Assembly: GCA_026390595.1 (NCBI GenBank) | Contig: JAPLFQ010000033.1 | Span: forward strand, 26,574 to 90,573 | Length of the DNA: 64,000 nucleotides | Origin: Ignavibacteriales bacterium | GTDB lineage: Bacteria; Bacteroidota; Ignavibacteria; UBA10030 | Direction: 5' to 3' | Shown: one piece after another, positions 1 to 10,229 of the stretch | Position numbering within the stretch: position 1 is the stretch's first letter | Layout: each line of letters starts with the position of its first letter | Translations under genes and position numbers: made by a program | The notes under the pieces: generated by a model | What the model was told of the DNA's origin: nothing | Databases searched by the model: none | What the model saw: only the letters and a program-made list of their open reading frames with translations

Positions 1-1473
1 AACAAGGATGGTCAACTGATCCTTTCGCGCAAGCGGGCAGACTTCATGCGCGTATGGGAGCGTGTCGTGAAATCGTTCGACACCGGAGAGGTGCTCAGAG
101 GACGATGCATGCGCCGAACGAAGGGGGGCATCGTGGTCGATCTCCTCGGGATTGACGCATTCCTGCCAGGTTCACAGATCGATGTACGCCCCGTGAGGGA
201 TTTCGATGCTTTTATCGGTAAGGAAATGGACTTCCGTGTTGTGAAAGTCAATCATCCTTCCGAAAACGTCGTCGTGAGCCATAAGGTCCTCGTTGAAGAG
301 GAACTCGCAGGTCAGCGCAAAACGATCCTGGAGAGTCTCGAGAAGGGACAGATTTTGGAAGGTCACGCCAAGGCCATTACCGACTTCGGAGTGTTTGTTG
401 ACCTGGGCGGTGTGGATGGACTCGTGCATATCACGGATCTCTCCTGGGGCCGCATCAGTCATCCCTCAGAGGTCGTGAAGCTGGACCAGACTGTCAACGT
501 GGTGGTGCTCGACTTCGACCAGGAAAAGAAGAGAATTTCCCTTGGCATGAAGCAGCTGATGCCGCATCCGTGGGAAAATATTGAACTGAAATATCCGGTC
601 GGAACGAAAGTCGCGGGAAAAGTCGTGTCGTTGACAGACTACGGAGCGTTCGTCGAGATCGAAAAAGGAATCGAAGGGCTTATTCACATTTCGGAAATGA
701 GCTGGACGCAGCATATCAAGCACCCGTCGCAAGTGGTTTCGATGGGGCAGATTGTCAATGCGGTCATTCTGTCGCTCGATAAGGACGGCAAGAAGATCTC
801 CCTGGGTATGAAGCAGCTTGAGCCGGATCCATGGCTGACGCTTCTTCAGAAGTACCCTGTTGCCTCGAAGCACACGGGCGTCGTTCGCAATCTCACCAAT
901 TTCGGTGTCTTCGTTGAACTGGAAGAGGGAGTCGATGGCTTGGTGCACATATCCGATCTGTCCTGGACTAAGAAGATCCGGCATCCGGGCGAAGTCGTGA
1001 AAAAAGGTGACAAGATCGATGTCGTCATTCTGGGGATTGATGTCGACCAACGCAGGATTTCTCTTGGCCACAAGCAGATTGCGGACAATCCTTGGGAAAC
1101 ATTTGAGACGACGTATAGGGTCGGAACGCCGGTCGAAGGAAAAGTCGTTCGAATCATCGAGAAGGGAGTTATTGTTGAGCTCCCGCTTGGTGTGGACGGT
1201 TTTGTTCCTCTTTCGCAGTTGTCTCAGACACCTGTAAAGAATATCACCGAATCATTCCATGTTGATAATACGCTTCCGTTGCAGGTTATCGAGTTCGACA
1301 AGGACAACAAGAAGATCGTCCTGTCGGTCATTGAATTCCTGCGAGGGAAAGAGCAGGCGATTGTGGATGATTATGTCTCCGCTCACAAACTGTCGCCGAT
1401 GACTCTGAAGGATATGATGACCTCTTCAGGGCTGACGGCTGAACACGGCGTGAACGAATCATCAAACGTGTAA
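1..1473 (+). CDS. rpsA: 30S ribosomal protein S1, 5'-truncated by the window edge. Repeated S1 domains are visible.
   Basis: Translation shows tandem S1-domain repeats (GxV.G.V..I..fGaFV.L..g.eGL.HiSE..W). The ORF runs to the window start with no in-window start codon for the full protein. Confidence 0.85.
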   Translation, partial: NKDGQLILSRKRADFMRVWERVVKSFDTGEVLRGRCMRRTKGGIVVDLLGIDAFLPGSQIDVRPVRDFDAFIGKEMDFRVVKVNHPSENVVVSHKVLVEEELAGQRKTILESLEKGQILEGHAKAITDFGVFVDLGGVDGLVHITDLSWGRISHPSEVVKLDQTVNVVVLDFDQEKKRISLGMKQLMPHPWENIELKYPVGTKVAGKVVSLTDYGAFVEIEKGIEGLIHISEMSWTQHIKHPSQVVSMGQIVNAVILSLDKDGKKISLGMKQLEPDPWLTLLQKYPVASKHTGVVRNLTNFGVFVELEEGVDGLVHISDLSWTKKIRHPGEVVKKGDKIDVVILGIDVDQRRISLGHKQIADNPWETFETTYRVGTPVEGKVVRIIEKGVIVELPLGVDGFVPLSQLSQTPVKNITESFHVDNTLPLQVIEFDKDNKKIVLSVIEFLRGKEQAIVDDYVSAHKLSPMTLKDMMTSSGLTAEHGVNESSNV

Positions 1474-1494
1474 TATCGATCAGATACCATGAAA

Positions 1495-1528
1495 AGAGTT
1501 GCCCGCTATTGTCGGGCAACTCTTTTTC
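1495..1528 (+). terminator. Rho-independent terminator after rpsA
   Basis: Perfect hairpin AGAGTTGCCCG-ctattgt-CGGGCAACTCT followed by TTTTT, 20 nt after the rpsA stop. Confidence 0.6.
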
Positions 1529-1534
1529 ATATCT

Positions 1535-2890
1535 ATGAGAAAAGTCGCTGTCCATACTCTCGGTTGCAAGCTGAATTTCGCCGAATCGTCGACCATTGCC
1601 CGGCAATTTCGGAGCCATGGCTACGAAGTGGTGGCTATTGATGAGCCCGCTGATGTATGCGTGATCAATACTTGCAGTGTGACCGAAAGGGCCGACCGTG
1701 AATGCAGGCAGGTCGTTCGGCGTGCCCTGAGGCATTCACCGAACGCGTACGTGATCGTTGCCGGCTGTTACGCCCAGCTGCGCCCGGAGCAGCTCGCCGC
1801 AATTCCAGGCGTTGACCTGGTTTTGGGAACATCGGAGAAGTTTGAGATATTTCGCTACAGCAAGGATTTCATCAAGTCCGAATGCTCTCGGACGTTCGTG
1901 GCACCTGTCAAGAACGCAGATACCTTCCTGGAAGCCTCTTCAGTTGGGTCAAATGACCGCACGAGGGCATTCCTGAAGATTCAGGATGGTTGTGACTACT
2001 CGTGTGCTTTCTGCACAATCCCTCTAGCTAGGGGAGCAAGCAGAAGCACTCCAATCCCCGCCATTCTGTCTCAGGCGAAAAGCGTTGTAGCTGAGGGGTA
2101 TCAGGAAGTGGTCCTGACTGGCGTCAACGTCGGCGATTACGGGACGAAGATCGGAACGAGCTTGGCCGAATTGTTGGGTCAGTTGGCCCTGATCGATGGG
2201 CTTTCGAGAATACGTATCAGCTCCGTGGAGCCAAATCTACTTACTGATGATTTGATTTCGCTGTGGGCTGCTAACCCAAAGATCTGCAATCACTTCCACA
2301 TTCCGCTTCAAGGCGGCAATGATGATATCTTAAGGGGGATGAGAAGGCGCTACTTGACTGATCTCTACAGAAGCAGAGTTGAGAGAATCCAATCGTTGAT
2401 CCCTGAAGCAGGAATCGGTGCAGACGTAATCGCAGGATTTCCTGGTGAGACTGATGAGATTTTTGAGCAAACCTATAAGTTCCTGGTTGAGTTGCCGATT
2501 TCATATCTGCACGTTTTCACGTATTCTGAGCGTCCCAATACTGCCGCATTGACGCTCCCAAGTCGAATTGAGCCAAGAGTTCGCTTTCAGCGGAGTGAAA
2601 TGCTTCGGAATCTGAGCCTGAAGAAACGCCAGGCTTTTCTGGGGGGGCTCACGGGCTCAACCAGGGATGTATTGTTTGAGGAAAAGCTGCCCTCTGGCGA
2701 ATGGACCGGCCTCACCGGAGAGTACGCTCGTGTGCGCGTGAAAACGGACGCGGATCTGTCGAATCAAATCAAACGAATTGAGATTACACACCCAGAGGGG
2801 GAGGATTGCATAGGAAAACTGGTTGATACCTCGTACGCCGCAGCCCAACCAAATCCTTCAACTTTTCCAGAGGTGTCACTATGCGCCTAA
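1535..2890 (+). CDS. mtaB: Radical-SAM tRNA methylthiotransferase of the MiaB/RimO family, MtaB-like
   Basis: N-terminus MRKVAVHTLGCKLNFAES (MTTase N-domain). Radical-SAM CxxxCxxC motif (CDYSCAFC). C-terminal TRAM-like region. The ATG at 1535 lies downstream of a TTG alt-start in the track that falls inside the terminator hairpin. Confidence 0.75.
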   Translation: MRKVAVHTLGCKLNFAESSTIARQFRSHGYEVVAIDEPADVCVINTCSVTERADRECRQVVRRALRHSPNAYVIVAGCYAQLRPEQLAAIPGVDLVLGTSEKFEIFRYSKDFIKSECSRTFVAPVKNADTFLEASSVGSNDRTRAFLKIQDGCDYSCAFCTIPLARGASRSTPIPAILSQAKSVVAEGYQEVVLTGVNVGDYGTKIGTSLAELLGQLALIDGLSRIRISSVEPNLLTDDLISLWAANPKICNHFHIPLQGGNDDILRGMRRRYLTDLYRSRVERIQSLIPEAGIGADVIAGFPGETDEIFEQTYKFLVELPISYLHVFTYSERPNTAALTLPSRIEPRVRFQRSEMLRNLSLKKRQAFLGGLTGSTRDVLFEEKLPSGEWTGLTGEYARVRVKTDADLSNQIKRIEITHPEGEDCIGKLVDTSYAAAQPNPSTFPEVSLCA

Positions 2891-3624
2891 ACCGTCTCTT
2901 CGCTAGCCTCGTCATCTTCTTGGTTTCAAGCCTATCGTTTGCACAACCCTCCCTTAGGACAGCTATTCAGACCAGTACGCATGGTGAGCTGCCGGTATCT
3001 GGTGTTTATTCCCTTGTTGAAACCCAAGTTAGGACAGAGAAGAAATCGGTTTTACTCGCGATTGGTTATTCGTTGCTCTTACCGGGCTTAGGTGACCTTT
3101 ATGCAGATAATTTCCGAAGGGGGCTTTACTACTTTGGGGCTGATGCTGCTCTCTGGATGACGTATGGCGGATTTCGAACTTACGGATCGTGGTTGAAACA
3201 AGATGCCCTGACTTTGGCATCCCAGCGTTCCGGGGCGAATTTCGATGGAAAGGGAGATCAATTCGCCGTCGACGTTGGAAATTTTGACAATGTTGATGAC
3301 TACAACGAGGCCAAGCTGCGGAACAGGCAATTCGATCTCATATATGACCCAAATTCCAACTTTGCCTGGCAATGGTCTTCGGCTGATGAGAGACTGAACT
3401 ATAGGCACTTGCGCATACGCGGGGACGCAGTCATTCGTAACTCACAATTTGTTGTCGGAGCCCTGGTCATCAATCGTATCATAGCGGCGATTTCTGCAGC
3501 CCAATCAACGGCGGCGTATAATCGGAGTCTTCAGGCGACCAGCACTTGGCGACTGAAGGCAGATGTCAAAGGCGGGGTGCTCACAACACAAACTTTCGAG
3601 CTAACACTGACTAGAGAGTTCTGA
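2881..3624 (+). CDS. Hypothetical secreted protein (247 aa, N-terminal signal peptide)
   Basis: Signal peptide MRLNRLFASLVIFLVSSLSFAQ. Contains PGLGDLY, a motif seen in small Bacteroidota membrane/secreted proteins. Overlaps the mtaB stop by 10 nt. No recognisable enzymatic motif. Confidence 0.5.
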   Translation: MRLNRLFASLVIFLVSSLSFAQPSLRTAIQTSTHGELPVSGVYSLVETQVRTEKKSVLLAIGYSLLLPGLGDLYADNFRRGLYYFGADAALWMTYGGFRTYGSWLKQDALTLASQRSGANFDGKGDQFAVDVGNFDNVDDYNEAKLRNRQFDLIYDPNSNFAWQWSSADERLNYRHLRIRGDAVIRNSQFVVGALVINRIIAAISAAQSTAAYNRSLQATSTWRLKADVKGGVLTTQTFELTLTREF

Positions 3625-3682
3625 TCTCTCGTCAGTCGTTAGCCGAATCCCGCCACCAAAGCGGGATTTTGCTTTTGGTGCC

Positions 3683-4414
3683 ATGGAAACCTTCAAGTTG
3701 TGCATCGAGTACGATGGTACGAATTATGTAGGCTGGCAGATTCAGTCGAACGGGACTTCTGTGCAATCAGTCCTGGAGGGAGCCCTCCAGCAGATTCTGC
3801 AACTCCCGATCTCGACTGTCGCTGCCGGCAGGACGGACGCAGGAGTGCATGCCCGGGGGCAGGTGGTTTCATTCAAGTGCGAGAAGCAGATAGAGCCGGA
3901 AATGCTCACAAAATCGCTCAATGGCGTGCTGCCGAACGACATAGTGGCTTTGACTTGTGAAAGGGCTTCCGAAGACTTCCACGCGCGCCACAGTGCCCGT
4001 TCACGAATGTACCGGTACTACTTATCATGTCTGCCAACCTCCATTCAGCGAAATTTCAGCTGGTATGTCGGCGGGTACAAGCTTGACAGGAAGCTCTTGA
4101 ATGACTGCGCGGAGATCGTCCTGGGTGAGCATGATTTTACCTCGTTCTGCAAGACGGTGTCGACGGCCGATCATTTTCTGTGTACCGTTCATCAATCGAG
4201 CTGGAGCGAAACCAGATCGAATCTGGTCTATGAGATCCGGGCTAACCGCTTTCTTCATGGCATGGTAAGGACTATTGTTGGAACTATGGTTGAGGTAGCG
4301 CGAGGCCACAGAGAGTTCAATTCCTTCCGCGAAATTCTCGCCTCGAAGGACCGGGCAAACGCGGGAATGGCGGCACCGGCAAAGGGTCTTTTTCTTGAAG
4401 AAATTACTTATTAG
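3683..4414 (+). CDS. truA: tRNA pseudouridine(38-40) synthase TruA
   Basis: IEYDGTNYVGWQIQ ... AGRTDAGVHARGQVVSF (catalytic Asp motif) typical of TruA. Confidence 0.9.
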   Translation: METFKLCIEYDGTNYVGWQIQSNGTSVQSVLEGALQQILQLPISTVAAGRTDAGVHARGQVVSFKCEKQIEPEMLTKSLNGVLPNDIVALTCERASEDFHARHSARSRMYRYYLSCLPTSIQRNFSWYVGGYKLDRKLLNDCAEIVLGEHDFTSFCKTVSTADHFLCTVHQSSWSETRSNLVYEIRANRFLHGMVRTIVGTMVEVARGHREFNSFREILASKDRANAGMAAPAKGLFLEEITY

Positions 4415-4572
4415 TCATCAGTTGCCAAAGGACAGGATTGAAAACGTGAAGAAGATGATCGCGCAAATTGGGGACTTTAGGCCGACGGAGGCGCAGCTCT
4501 TCACGCAGCGTTACCAGGTCATGAAGAGGAAGCTGTAATAGACATCCACGAGCATATTTCCGACGCGAAGAA

Positions 4573-5583
4573 ATGATCAGGGAAGCAATTCAGAAGCTTG
4601 CTCTCAAAGAAGATCTCTCTCGCCAGGAAGCATTCGAGACCATGAACGAAATCATGTCAGGGAATGCCTCTGAAGCCCAGATTGCGTCCTTCCTGATGGG
4701 TCTTCGGCTAAAAGGAGAGACAATTCCTGAAATTGCCGGATGCGCCCAGGCGATGCGTGCGAGGGCGATTCCGATCAGGAGCAAGCATCCGAATCTCATC
4801 GATACATGTGGGACCGGAGGCGACAGCTCCGGCACCTTCAACATTTCCACGTGTGCAGCAATCATCGCGAGCGCCGCGGGTGCGGTTGTGGCAAAACATG
4901 GAAACCGAGCCGTTTCGAGCCGGTCCGGAAGTGCAGATGTGCTGCGGGCCTTGGGGATCAATCTGGAAATTTCACACGAAAGAGTTGCCTCAATCCTCGA
5001 CGAAATCAGGATAACGTTTCTCTTTGCTCCCCAGCTCCACGGCGCGATGAAGTTTGCAGCCCCTGTTCGCAGGGATATGGGAATAAGGACGGTTTTCAAC
5101 ATCCTTGGACCACTGACCAACCCGGCCGGTGCCCGAAGGCAGCTGATCGGAGTCTTCAATTCAACGTTGACTGAGGTGCTCGCTGGAGTCCTCAATGAAC
5201 TGGGGTCGGAGTATGCTCTTGTCGTACACGGACAAGGGGGGCTTGACGAACTCTCGAACCTTGGCTGGACGAAAGTCAGTCAATTAAGGAACGGAGAAGT
5301 CTCAACGTACGAGGTCAGAGCGGATTCGTTTGGTTTCCAGTTGTCGAATGCGGAAGAACTTCAGGGGGGTGACCCCGAACAGAACGCCCAGATGATCACA
5401 CAGATCCTGAAAGGGGTGAAAGGCGGGGCGGCGGACGTTTCCGTGCTCAATGCCGGGGCAGCCCTCATGGTTGCTGGAATCGCCGGGGATTTGAAGCAGG
5501 GGATTGAACAAGCGAGGGATGCGATCTCGAGCGGCGCTGCTGTGAAGAAACTGAATCACTGGAAAGAAGCATCTCATAGTTGA
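4573..5583 (+). CDS. trpD: Anthranilate phosphoribosyltransferase
   Basis: GTGGDSSGTFNISTCAAIIASAAGAVVAKHGNRAVSSRSGSADVLRALG signature of TrpD. Confidence 0.9.
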   Translation: MIREAIQKLALKEDLSRQEAFETMNEIMSGNASEAQIASFLMGLRLKGETIPEIAGCAQAMRARAIPIRSKHPNLIDTCGTGGDSSGTFNISTCAAIIASAAGAVVAKHGNRAVSSRSGSADVLRALGINLEISHERVASILDEIRITFLFAPQLHGAMKFAAPVRRDMGIRTVFNILGPLTNPAGARRQLIGVFNSTLTEVLAGVLNELGSEYALVVHGQGGLDELSNLGWTKVSQLRNGEVSTYEVRADSFGFQLSNAEELQGGDPEQNAQMITQILKGVKGGAADVSVLNAGAALMVAGIAGDLKQGIEQARDAISSGAAVKKLNHWKEASHS

Positions 5584-5590
5584 GCATGGT

Positions 5591-6439
5591 ATGAACTCAA
5601 GCAGAAACATACTGAAAGATCTCCTGGTCCGTTGGGGCCTTCTCAAGACGAAGCTCTCCGAGGAAGATTTCAAGCAGGTCCTCGAGGCGAGTACGATCAG
5701 CGGAGCGATCGACAAGGCCGAGCACGAACTTATCAAGAGCATTCTCGAGTTCACTGATACGACCGTCAAAGAGATCATGGTGCCCCGGCCTGATATCGTT
5801 GCCCTTGATATCTCGATGCCCCGCGAGGTGCTCGTCAGAAAGGTCATTGATGAGGGATACTCACGTCTTCCCGTGTACCGGGATAACATCGACCACATCA
5901 TTGGAATAATCTACAGCAAAGACCTCCTCAGTTTGCTGGAACACCGAGATCTCATCCTCTTGCAGGATATTATACGGCCCGTGTTCTTCGTCCCCGAGTC
6001 GAAGAAGATCAGCCAGTTGTTGCGTGAATTCCAGCAGCGGAAGGCTCACCTCGCAATTGTGACAGACGAGAATGGCGGGACGGAAGGCCTCGTCACCATG
6101 GAAGATATTGTGGAGGAGATCGTAGGAGAAATACACGACGAGTACGACGAAGTCGGAAAGGTAACGGAGCCGGCGAAGGATGGTTCGGTCATCGTGGACG
6201 CACGCCTGAGCGTAAGCGACATCAACAGGCAATTCGCTTTTGAGCTTCCGGAGTCTCCTGAATACGAGACCCTGGCGGGACTGATCCAGAAAGTACTTGG
6301 ACGGCTCCCTGAAATGGGGGAGAGCACCACCATCAAGGATCTACATTTCACGATTCTTTCGAAAACTGCCCGGCGTATCAGGCAGGTGCGGATCGAGCGT
6401 TTGACGAGTGGTTCCTCATCCGGGGTGCCGAAGGCGTGA
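5591..6439 (+). CDS. CBS-pair + CorC/HlyC transporter-associated domain protein (soluble CorC-like)
   Basis: Two CBS motifs followed by a CorC_HlyC C-terminal domain. No DUF21 membrane segment. Sits between trpD and trpC and overlaps the trpC start by 4 nt. Confidence 0.8.
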   Translation: MNSSRNILKDLLVRWGLLKTKLSEEDFKQVLEASTISGAIDKAEHELIKSILEFTDTTVKEIMVPRPDIVALDISMPREVLVRKVIDEGYSRLPVYRDNIDHIIGIIYSKDLLSLLEHRDLILLQDIIRPVFFVPESKKISQLLREFQQRKAHLAIVTDENGGTEGLVTMEDIVEEIVGEIHDEYDEVGKVTEPAKDGSVIVDARLSVSDINRQFAFELPESPEYETLAGLIQKVLGRLPEMGESTTIKDLHFTILSKTARRIRQVRIERLTSGSSSGVPKA

Positions 6440-7212
6440 CCATCCTCGAGACGATTCTTGAAGAGAAGCGAAAGGAAGTCTCCGAATCGGAAAGGGGGAT
6501 TGACCGCGCGAGGATAGCCGCAATGGCTCGCGAATCCGAACGCCCAAGACAATTCAAGAAATCGTTGCAGCAAGTTCCTTTTGCCCTGATCGCTGAGATA
6601 AAAAAGGCTTCCCCGTCAAAAGGAACACTGCTCGAAGATTTCGACCATCGGATATTGGCAACCGAGTTTCAGTCGGGAGGTGCTGCTGCTCTCTCAGTTC
6701 TCACGGACGAGAAGTATTTTCAAGGTCATCCGTCGTACATCGCTGATGTGAAGAAAGTTGTCCAGATCCCCGTCCTCCGGAAAGATTTCATCGTGGACGA
6801 GTATCAGGTTTTTGAATCAAGGGCCATCGGGGCCGATGCAATCCTGCTTATTGTCAGGGCGCTTCCATACGCAACCCTGCGGGCGCTGTATGAACTGGCG
6901 ATGTCGCTGGATATGGATGTGCTGATGGAAACGCACACGGAGGAGGACATCGAGACCGCCAACTCCATCGGTGCGGAGATAATCGGGATCAACAATCGTG
7001 ATCTCGGATCCTTCGAGGTGAACATTTCCACATCCCTCGCTTTGTATCATCACGTCCACAGCAAGGCGATCGCCGTGAGTGAAAGCGGAATCTCCTCGCG
7101 TGCAGATATTCAGGCGCTGGAAGCGGCCGGGTTTCGGGCTGCGTTGGTTGGAGAGGGGATCGTGACGCGACCTGATCGTGTGGCTGCTGTTCAGCAACTC
7201 CTGATGAGGTGA
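6436..7212 (+). CDS. trpC: Indole-3-glycerol phosphate synthase
   Basis: TrpC-like sequence throughout (ILEEKRKEV ... IAEIKKASPSKG ... GINNRDL). GTG start overlapping the upstream stop. Confidence 0.9.
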   Translation: MTILETILEEKRKEVSESERGIDRARIAAMARESERPRQFKKSLQQVPFALIAEIKKASPSKGTLLEDFDHRILATEFQSGGAAALSVLTDEKYFQGHPSYIADVKKVVQIPVLRKDFIVDEYQVFESRAIGADAILLIVRALPYATLRALYELAMSLDMDVLMETHTEEDIETANSIGAEIIGINNRDLGSFEVNISTSLALYHHVHSKAIAVSESGISSRADIQALEAAGFRAALVGEGIVTRPDRVAAVQQLLMR

Positions 7213-7213
7213 A

Positions 7214-7864
7214 ATGCAGCAGGACCTATTTGTCAAGATCTGCGGTATCACGAATGGCGAAGACGCGCACCATGCAGTGCGATGCGGTGCAGACGCGCTC
7301 GGTTTTGTCTTCTTCGAGGAAAGCCCGCGTTTCATCTCGCACCGACGCGCGGCCGCGATCGTCCATAGTGTACCCGATCACATTTCGAAGATCGGGGTGT
7401 TCGTCAACGCGGATCTCGGATTCGTTCGCGAGATTGTCAAGCGCGTGAACCTAAGCGCGGTGCAACTGCTCGGCAATGAAGGCCCGGACGACCTTGTGAA
7501 TTTCGAGACCAGCGTCATCAAAGTATTTCGCGTGAAACCCGACTTCGATGTTGAAGTCATGAAGAACTATATCATTGACGCCTTCCTGCTTGATGCGCAT
7601 ACGGAAGGAATGCTCGGCGGAACGGGGAAAACGTTCGATTGGAATATTGCCGTGAAGGCGAAGGAGTATGGACGCGTTATTCTTTCGGGTGGTCTGACAC
7701 CTGACAACGTGGAAGACGCAGTGCGGTTTGTCCGCCCTTACGGGGTGGATGTGAGCAGTGGCGTGGAAGCACAGCCCGGGAAGAAAGACCCGGAGAGGAT
7801 TCGGGATTTCATTATGCGCGCCAAGAGTATCCCAGTATCGTATCGCGATGATGAACAACTCTAA
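7214..7864 (+). CDS. trpF: Phosphoribosylanthranilate isomerase
   Basis: [12 protein letters not shown]...[18 protein letters not shown] typical PRAI N-terminus. Confidence 0.85.
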   Translation: MQQDLFVKICGITNGEDAHHAVRCGADALGFVFFEESPRFISHRRAAAIVHSVPDHISKIGVFVNADLGFVREIVKRVNLSAVQLLGNEGPDDLVNFETSVIKVFRVKPDFDVEVMKNYIIDAFLLDAHTEGMLGGTGKTFDWNIAVKAKEYGRVILSGGLTPDNVEDAVRFVRPYGVDVSSGVEAQPGKKDPERIRDFIMRAKSIPVSYRDDEQL

Positions 7865-9062
7865 ACAGTATATCGGTTCGGTGCCGGATCAGCAGGGGCA
7901 TTTCGGAATGTATGGTGGCCGGTACATACCGGAGACATTGATCCCCGCAGCGGAAGAACTCACCCGGAAGTATCTTGAGCTCAGGGGCGATCCTGCGTTT
8001 CAGGAAGAGGTGGAGTACTATCTGAAGTACTTTGTCGGAAGACCAACGCCCCTCATGTTCGCAGAGCGTCTCACGGATTTGTGCGGTGGACCAAAGATCT
8101 ATTTGAAACGCGAAGACCTTTGCCACACCGGGGCCCACAAGATCAACAACACGGTGGGTCAGATCCTGATCGCGAAGCGCATCGGGAAAAAACGGGTCAT
8201 CGCGGAAACCGGAGCTGGGCAGCATGGCGTCGCCGTCGCCACTGTCTGCGCGAGATTCGGACTTGAGTGTGTTGTCTATATGGGTGAAGAAGATGTCGGG
8301 CGTCAATCACCGAACGTAGCGAGAATGAAACTGCTCGGTGCAGAGGTGCGTACAGTCACGAGCGGAAGCCGGACGTTAAAGGACGCGACGAGTGAAGCAA
8401 TCCGGGATTGGGTGACAAATGTCGAGACTACTTTCTATATCATTGGGTCCGTTGTCGGCATGCATCCATACCCGATGATGGTGCGCGATTTCCAAAGCGT
8501 CATAGGAAAGGAAACCCGGGAACAAATACTCGCTGCGGAAGGCCGGCTGCCATCCTCAATTGTGGCATGCGTGGGCGGCGGCAGCAACGCGCTGGGGATA
8601 TTTTATCCCTTCCTCGACGAAGCAGACAAGGTGCGGATGATCGGTGTTGAAGCGGCCGGACTTGGTCTGCAGAGCGGTCAGCATGCGGCGCCGCTGTCTG
8701 CAGGATCTCCTGGCGTGCTCCACGGAGCGATGCAATATTTGCTTCAGGATGATCAGGGACAGGTGAAGATTGCCCATTCCATTTCCGCAGGGCTGGACTA
8801 TCCCGGAGTCGGACCTGAGCACTCGTATTTGAAGGATCTCGGATTGGTGCAGTATGAGTCGGCGACAGATGACGAGGCTCTGGAGGGTTTCAAAGTGCTC
8901 TCCAGAAGTGAAGGCATCCTTCCGGCCCTGGAGTCAGCGCACGCAATCGCCTACGTTCTGAAGACGGCCCCGAAGGGGTCAATGAATGATATTGTTGTGG
9001 TCAACTTGTCGGGCAGAGGGGATAAGGACCTCGCGACGGTCATGAAGGCGTTCGGTCTGTAG
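7848..9062 (+). CDS. trpB: Tryptophan synthase beta chain
   Basis: [14 protein letters not shown] and HTGAHKINN motifs (PLP lysine). The start was trimmed to MMNNSK, ignoring an ORF-track N-extension that overlaps trpF. Confidence 0.9.
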   Translation: MMNNSKQYIGSVPDQQGHFGMYGGRYIPETLIPAAEELTRKYLELRGDPAFQEEVEYYLKYFVGRPTPLMFAERLTDLCGGPKIYLKREDLCHTGAHKINNTVGQILIAKRIGKKRVIAETGAGQHGVAVATVCARFGLECVVYMGEEDVGRQSPNVARMKLLGAEVRTVTSGSRTLKDATSEAIRDWVTNVETTFYIIGSVVGMHPYPMMVRDFQSVIGKETREQILAAEGRLPSSIVACVGGGSNALGIFYPFLDEADKVRMIGVEAAGLGLQSGQHAAPLSAGSPGVLHGAMQYLLQDDQGQVKIAHSISAGLDYPGVGPEHSYLKDLGLVQYESATDDEALEGFKVLSRSEGILPALESAHAIAYVLKTAPKGSMNDIVVVNLSGRGDKDLATVMKAFGL

Positions 9063-10215
9063 CATCTGCTTCGTCAACCACTTCCTCAAAAATCCTGAGT
9101 ACTTCCCGCGCTTTGTCAGCTGCATTGAATTGTCCAGCGCGCCGCAAGCCGGCTGTGATCAGCTTCGTTCTTAGCACGGTGTCCGTCAGTAACCTCCCAA
9201 GTTCTGACGCGATCTGGTCGATATTGTAGGGGTCAACAAGAACCCCGGCATCTCCGACAGCTTCAGGCAACGACGAAGCGTGAGAAGACAGAATAGGCGT
9301 GCCGCACGCCATTGCTTCAATGGGCGGAGCTCCGAATCCCTCGTAGACCGAGAGGTACGCGAAAACCGACGCAAGGCTGTACAATGCCGGGAGTACGCCT
9401 TGATCCACATAGCCAATCCGTCGTATCCGGTCCGGCATCTTGAGAGAGTCAATCTGGCTGATGAGATCGTCTGCGAACCAGCCAGGAGCGCCGGCCAGGA
9501 CGAGCGCATACTCGTCACGTAATTCCTGCGGAAGTCTGGCATACGCCAGTGCGAGTCGGGCCACGTTCTTGCGTGGTTCGAGAGTGCCCACGTAGAGGAT
9601 GAACTTTTCCGGCAGATCAAGTTTCGCCCGAAGGCTTTGCAGCATCCGGGCATCAATAATCCTATGAAAATGCTCGCCAACGGGGAGATGCACCACCTTG
9701 ATGAGATCTGCCTCGATCTTGTAGAACCGTCTGATATCCTGCTTTGTCGCTTCGGAATCAGCAAGAATCCGGTCAGCCACGCGCACTGCGTTGCTCACAA
9801 AGATCCGCTGCCAAAGTCTCATCTTGAGGGTGAATGTCTCGGGGTGGACGAAGCTGACGAGATCATGGAGAGTCACTACGAACTTCGTACGTGACTTCGC
9901 GTATGAGTGTCCCCGTGCCCGATGAAGAACCGGCAATACGTATGCGGGGGAGAAGTAGATATCGACCCGATTCCTGGCAAGGAATCGGGGGAGAACGAGG
10001 TTCTCCCAGAAGCGGTTGGGTCCGATCCCAGCATAACGATTGACAATGACTTTCTTGAGATTTGGACCGGTCAACAACGGATCATCTTCAAGCAGGAAGA
10101 CAGTGTATGTGTTCCGGGAGTCTATCTGCAGGAGCGACCGGACGAGCCGCTCTGCGTAGACACCTACACCTGTCCGGTTTCGGACAATCGTTCGACCATC
10201 GATGGCAATATGCAT
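9040..10215 (-). CDS. Glycosyltransferase family 1 (GT4-like)
   Basis: C-terminal GT1 signature [20 protein letters not shown]. Convergent with trpB, overlapping it by 23 nt. Confidence 0.8.
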   Translation of the reverse strand: MHIAIDGRTIVRNRTGVGVYAERLVRSLLQIDSRNTYTVFLLEDDPLLTGPNLKKVIVNRYAGIGPNRFWENLVLPRFLARNRVDIYFSPAYVLPVLHRARGHSYAKSRTKFVVTLHDLVSFVHPETFTLKMRLWQRIFVSNAVRVADRILADSEATKQDIRRFYKIEADLIKVVHLPVGEHFHRIIDARMLQSLRAKLDLPEKFILYVGTLEPRKNVARLALAYARLPQELRDEYALVLAGAPGWFADDLISQIDSLKMPDRIRRIGYVDQGVLPALYSLASVFAYLSVYEGFGAPPIEAMACGTPILSSHASSLPEAVGDAGVLVDPYNIDQIASELGRLLTDTVLRTKLITAGLRRAGQFNAADKAREVLRIFEEVVDEADATDRTPS

Positions 10216-10229
10216 AGGGTGTGTGCCCT

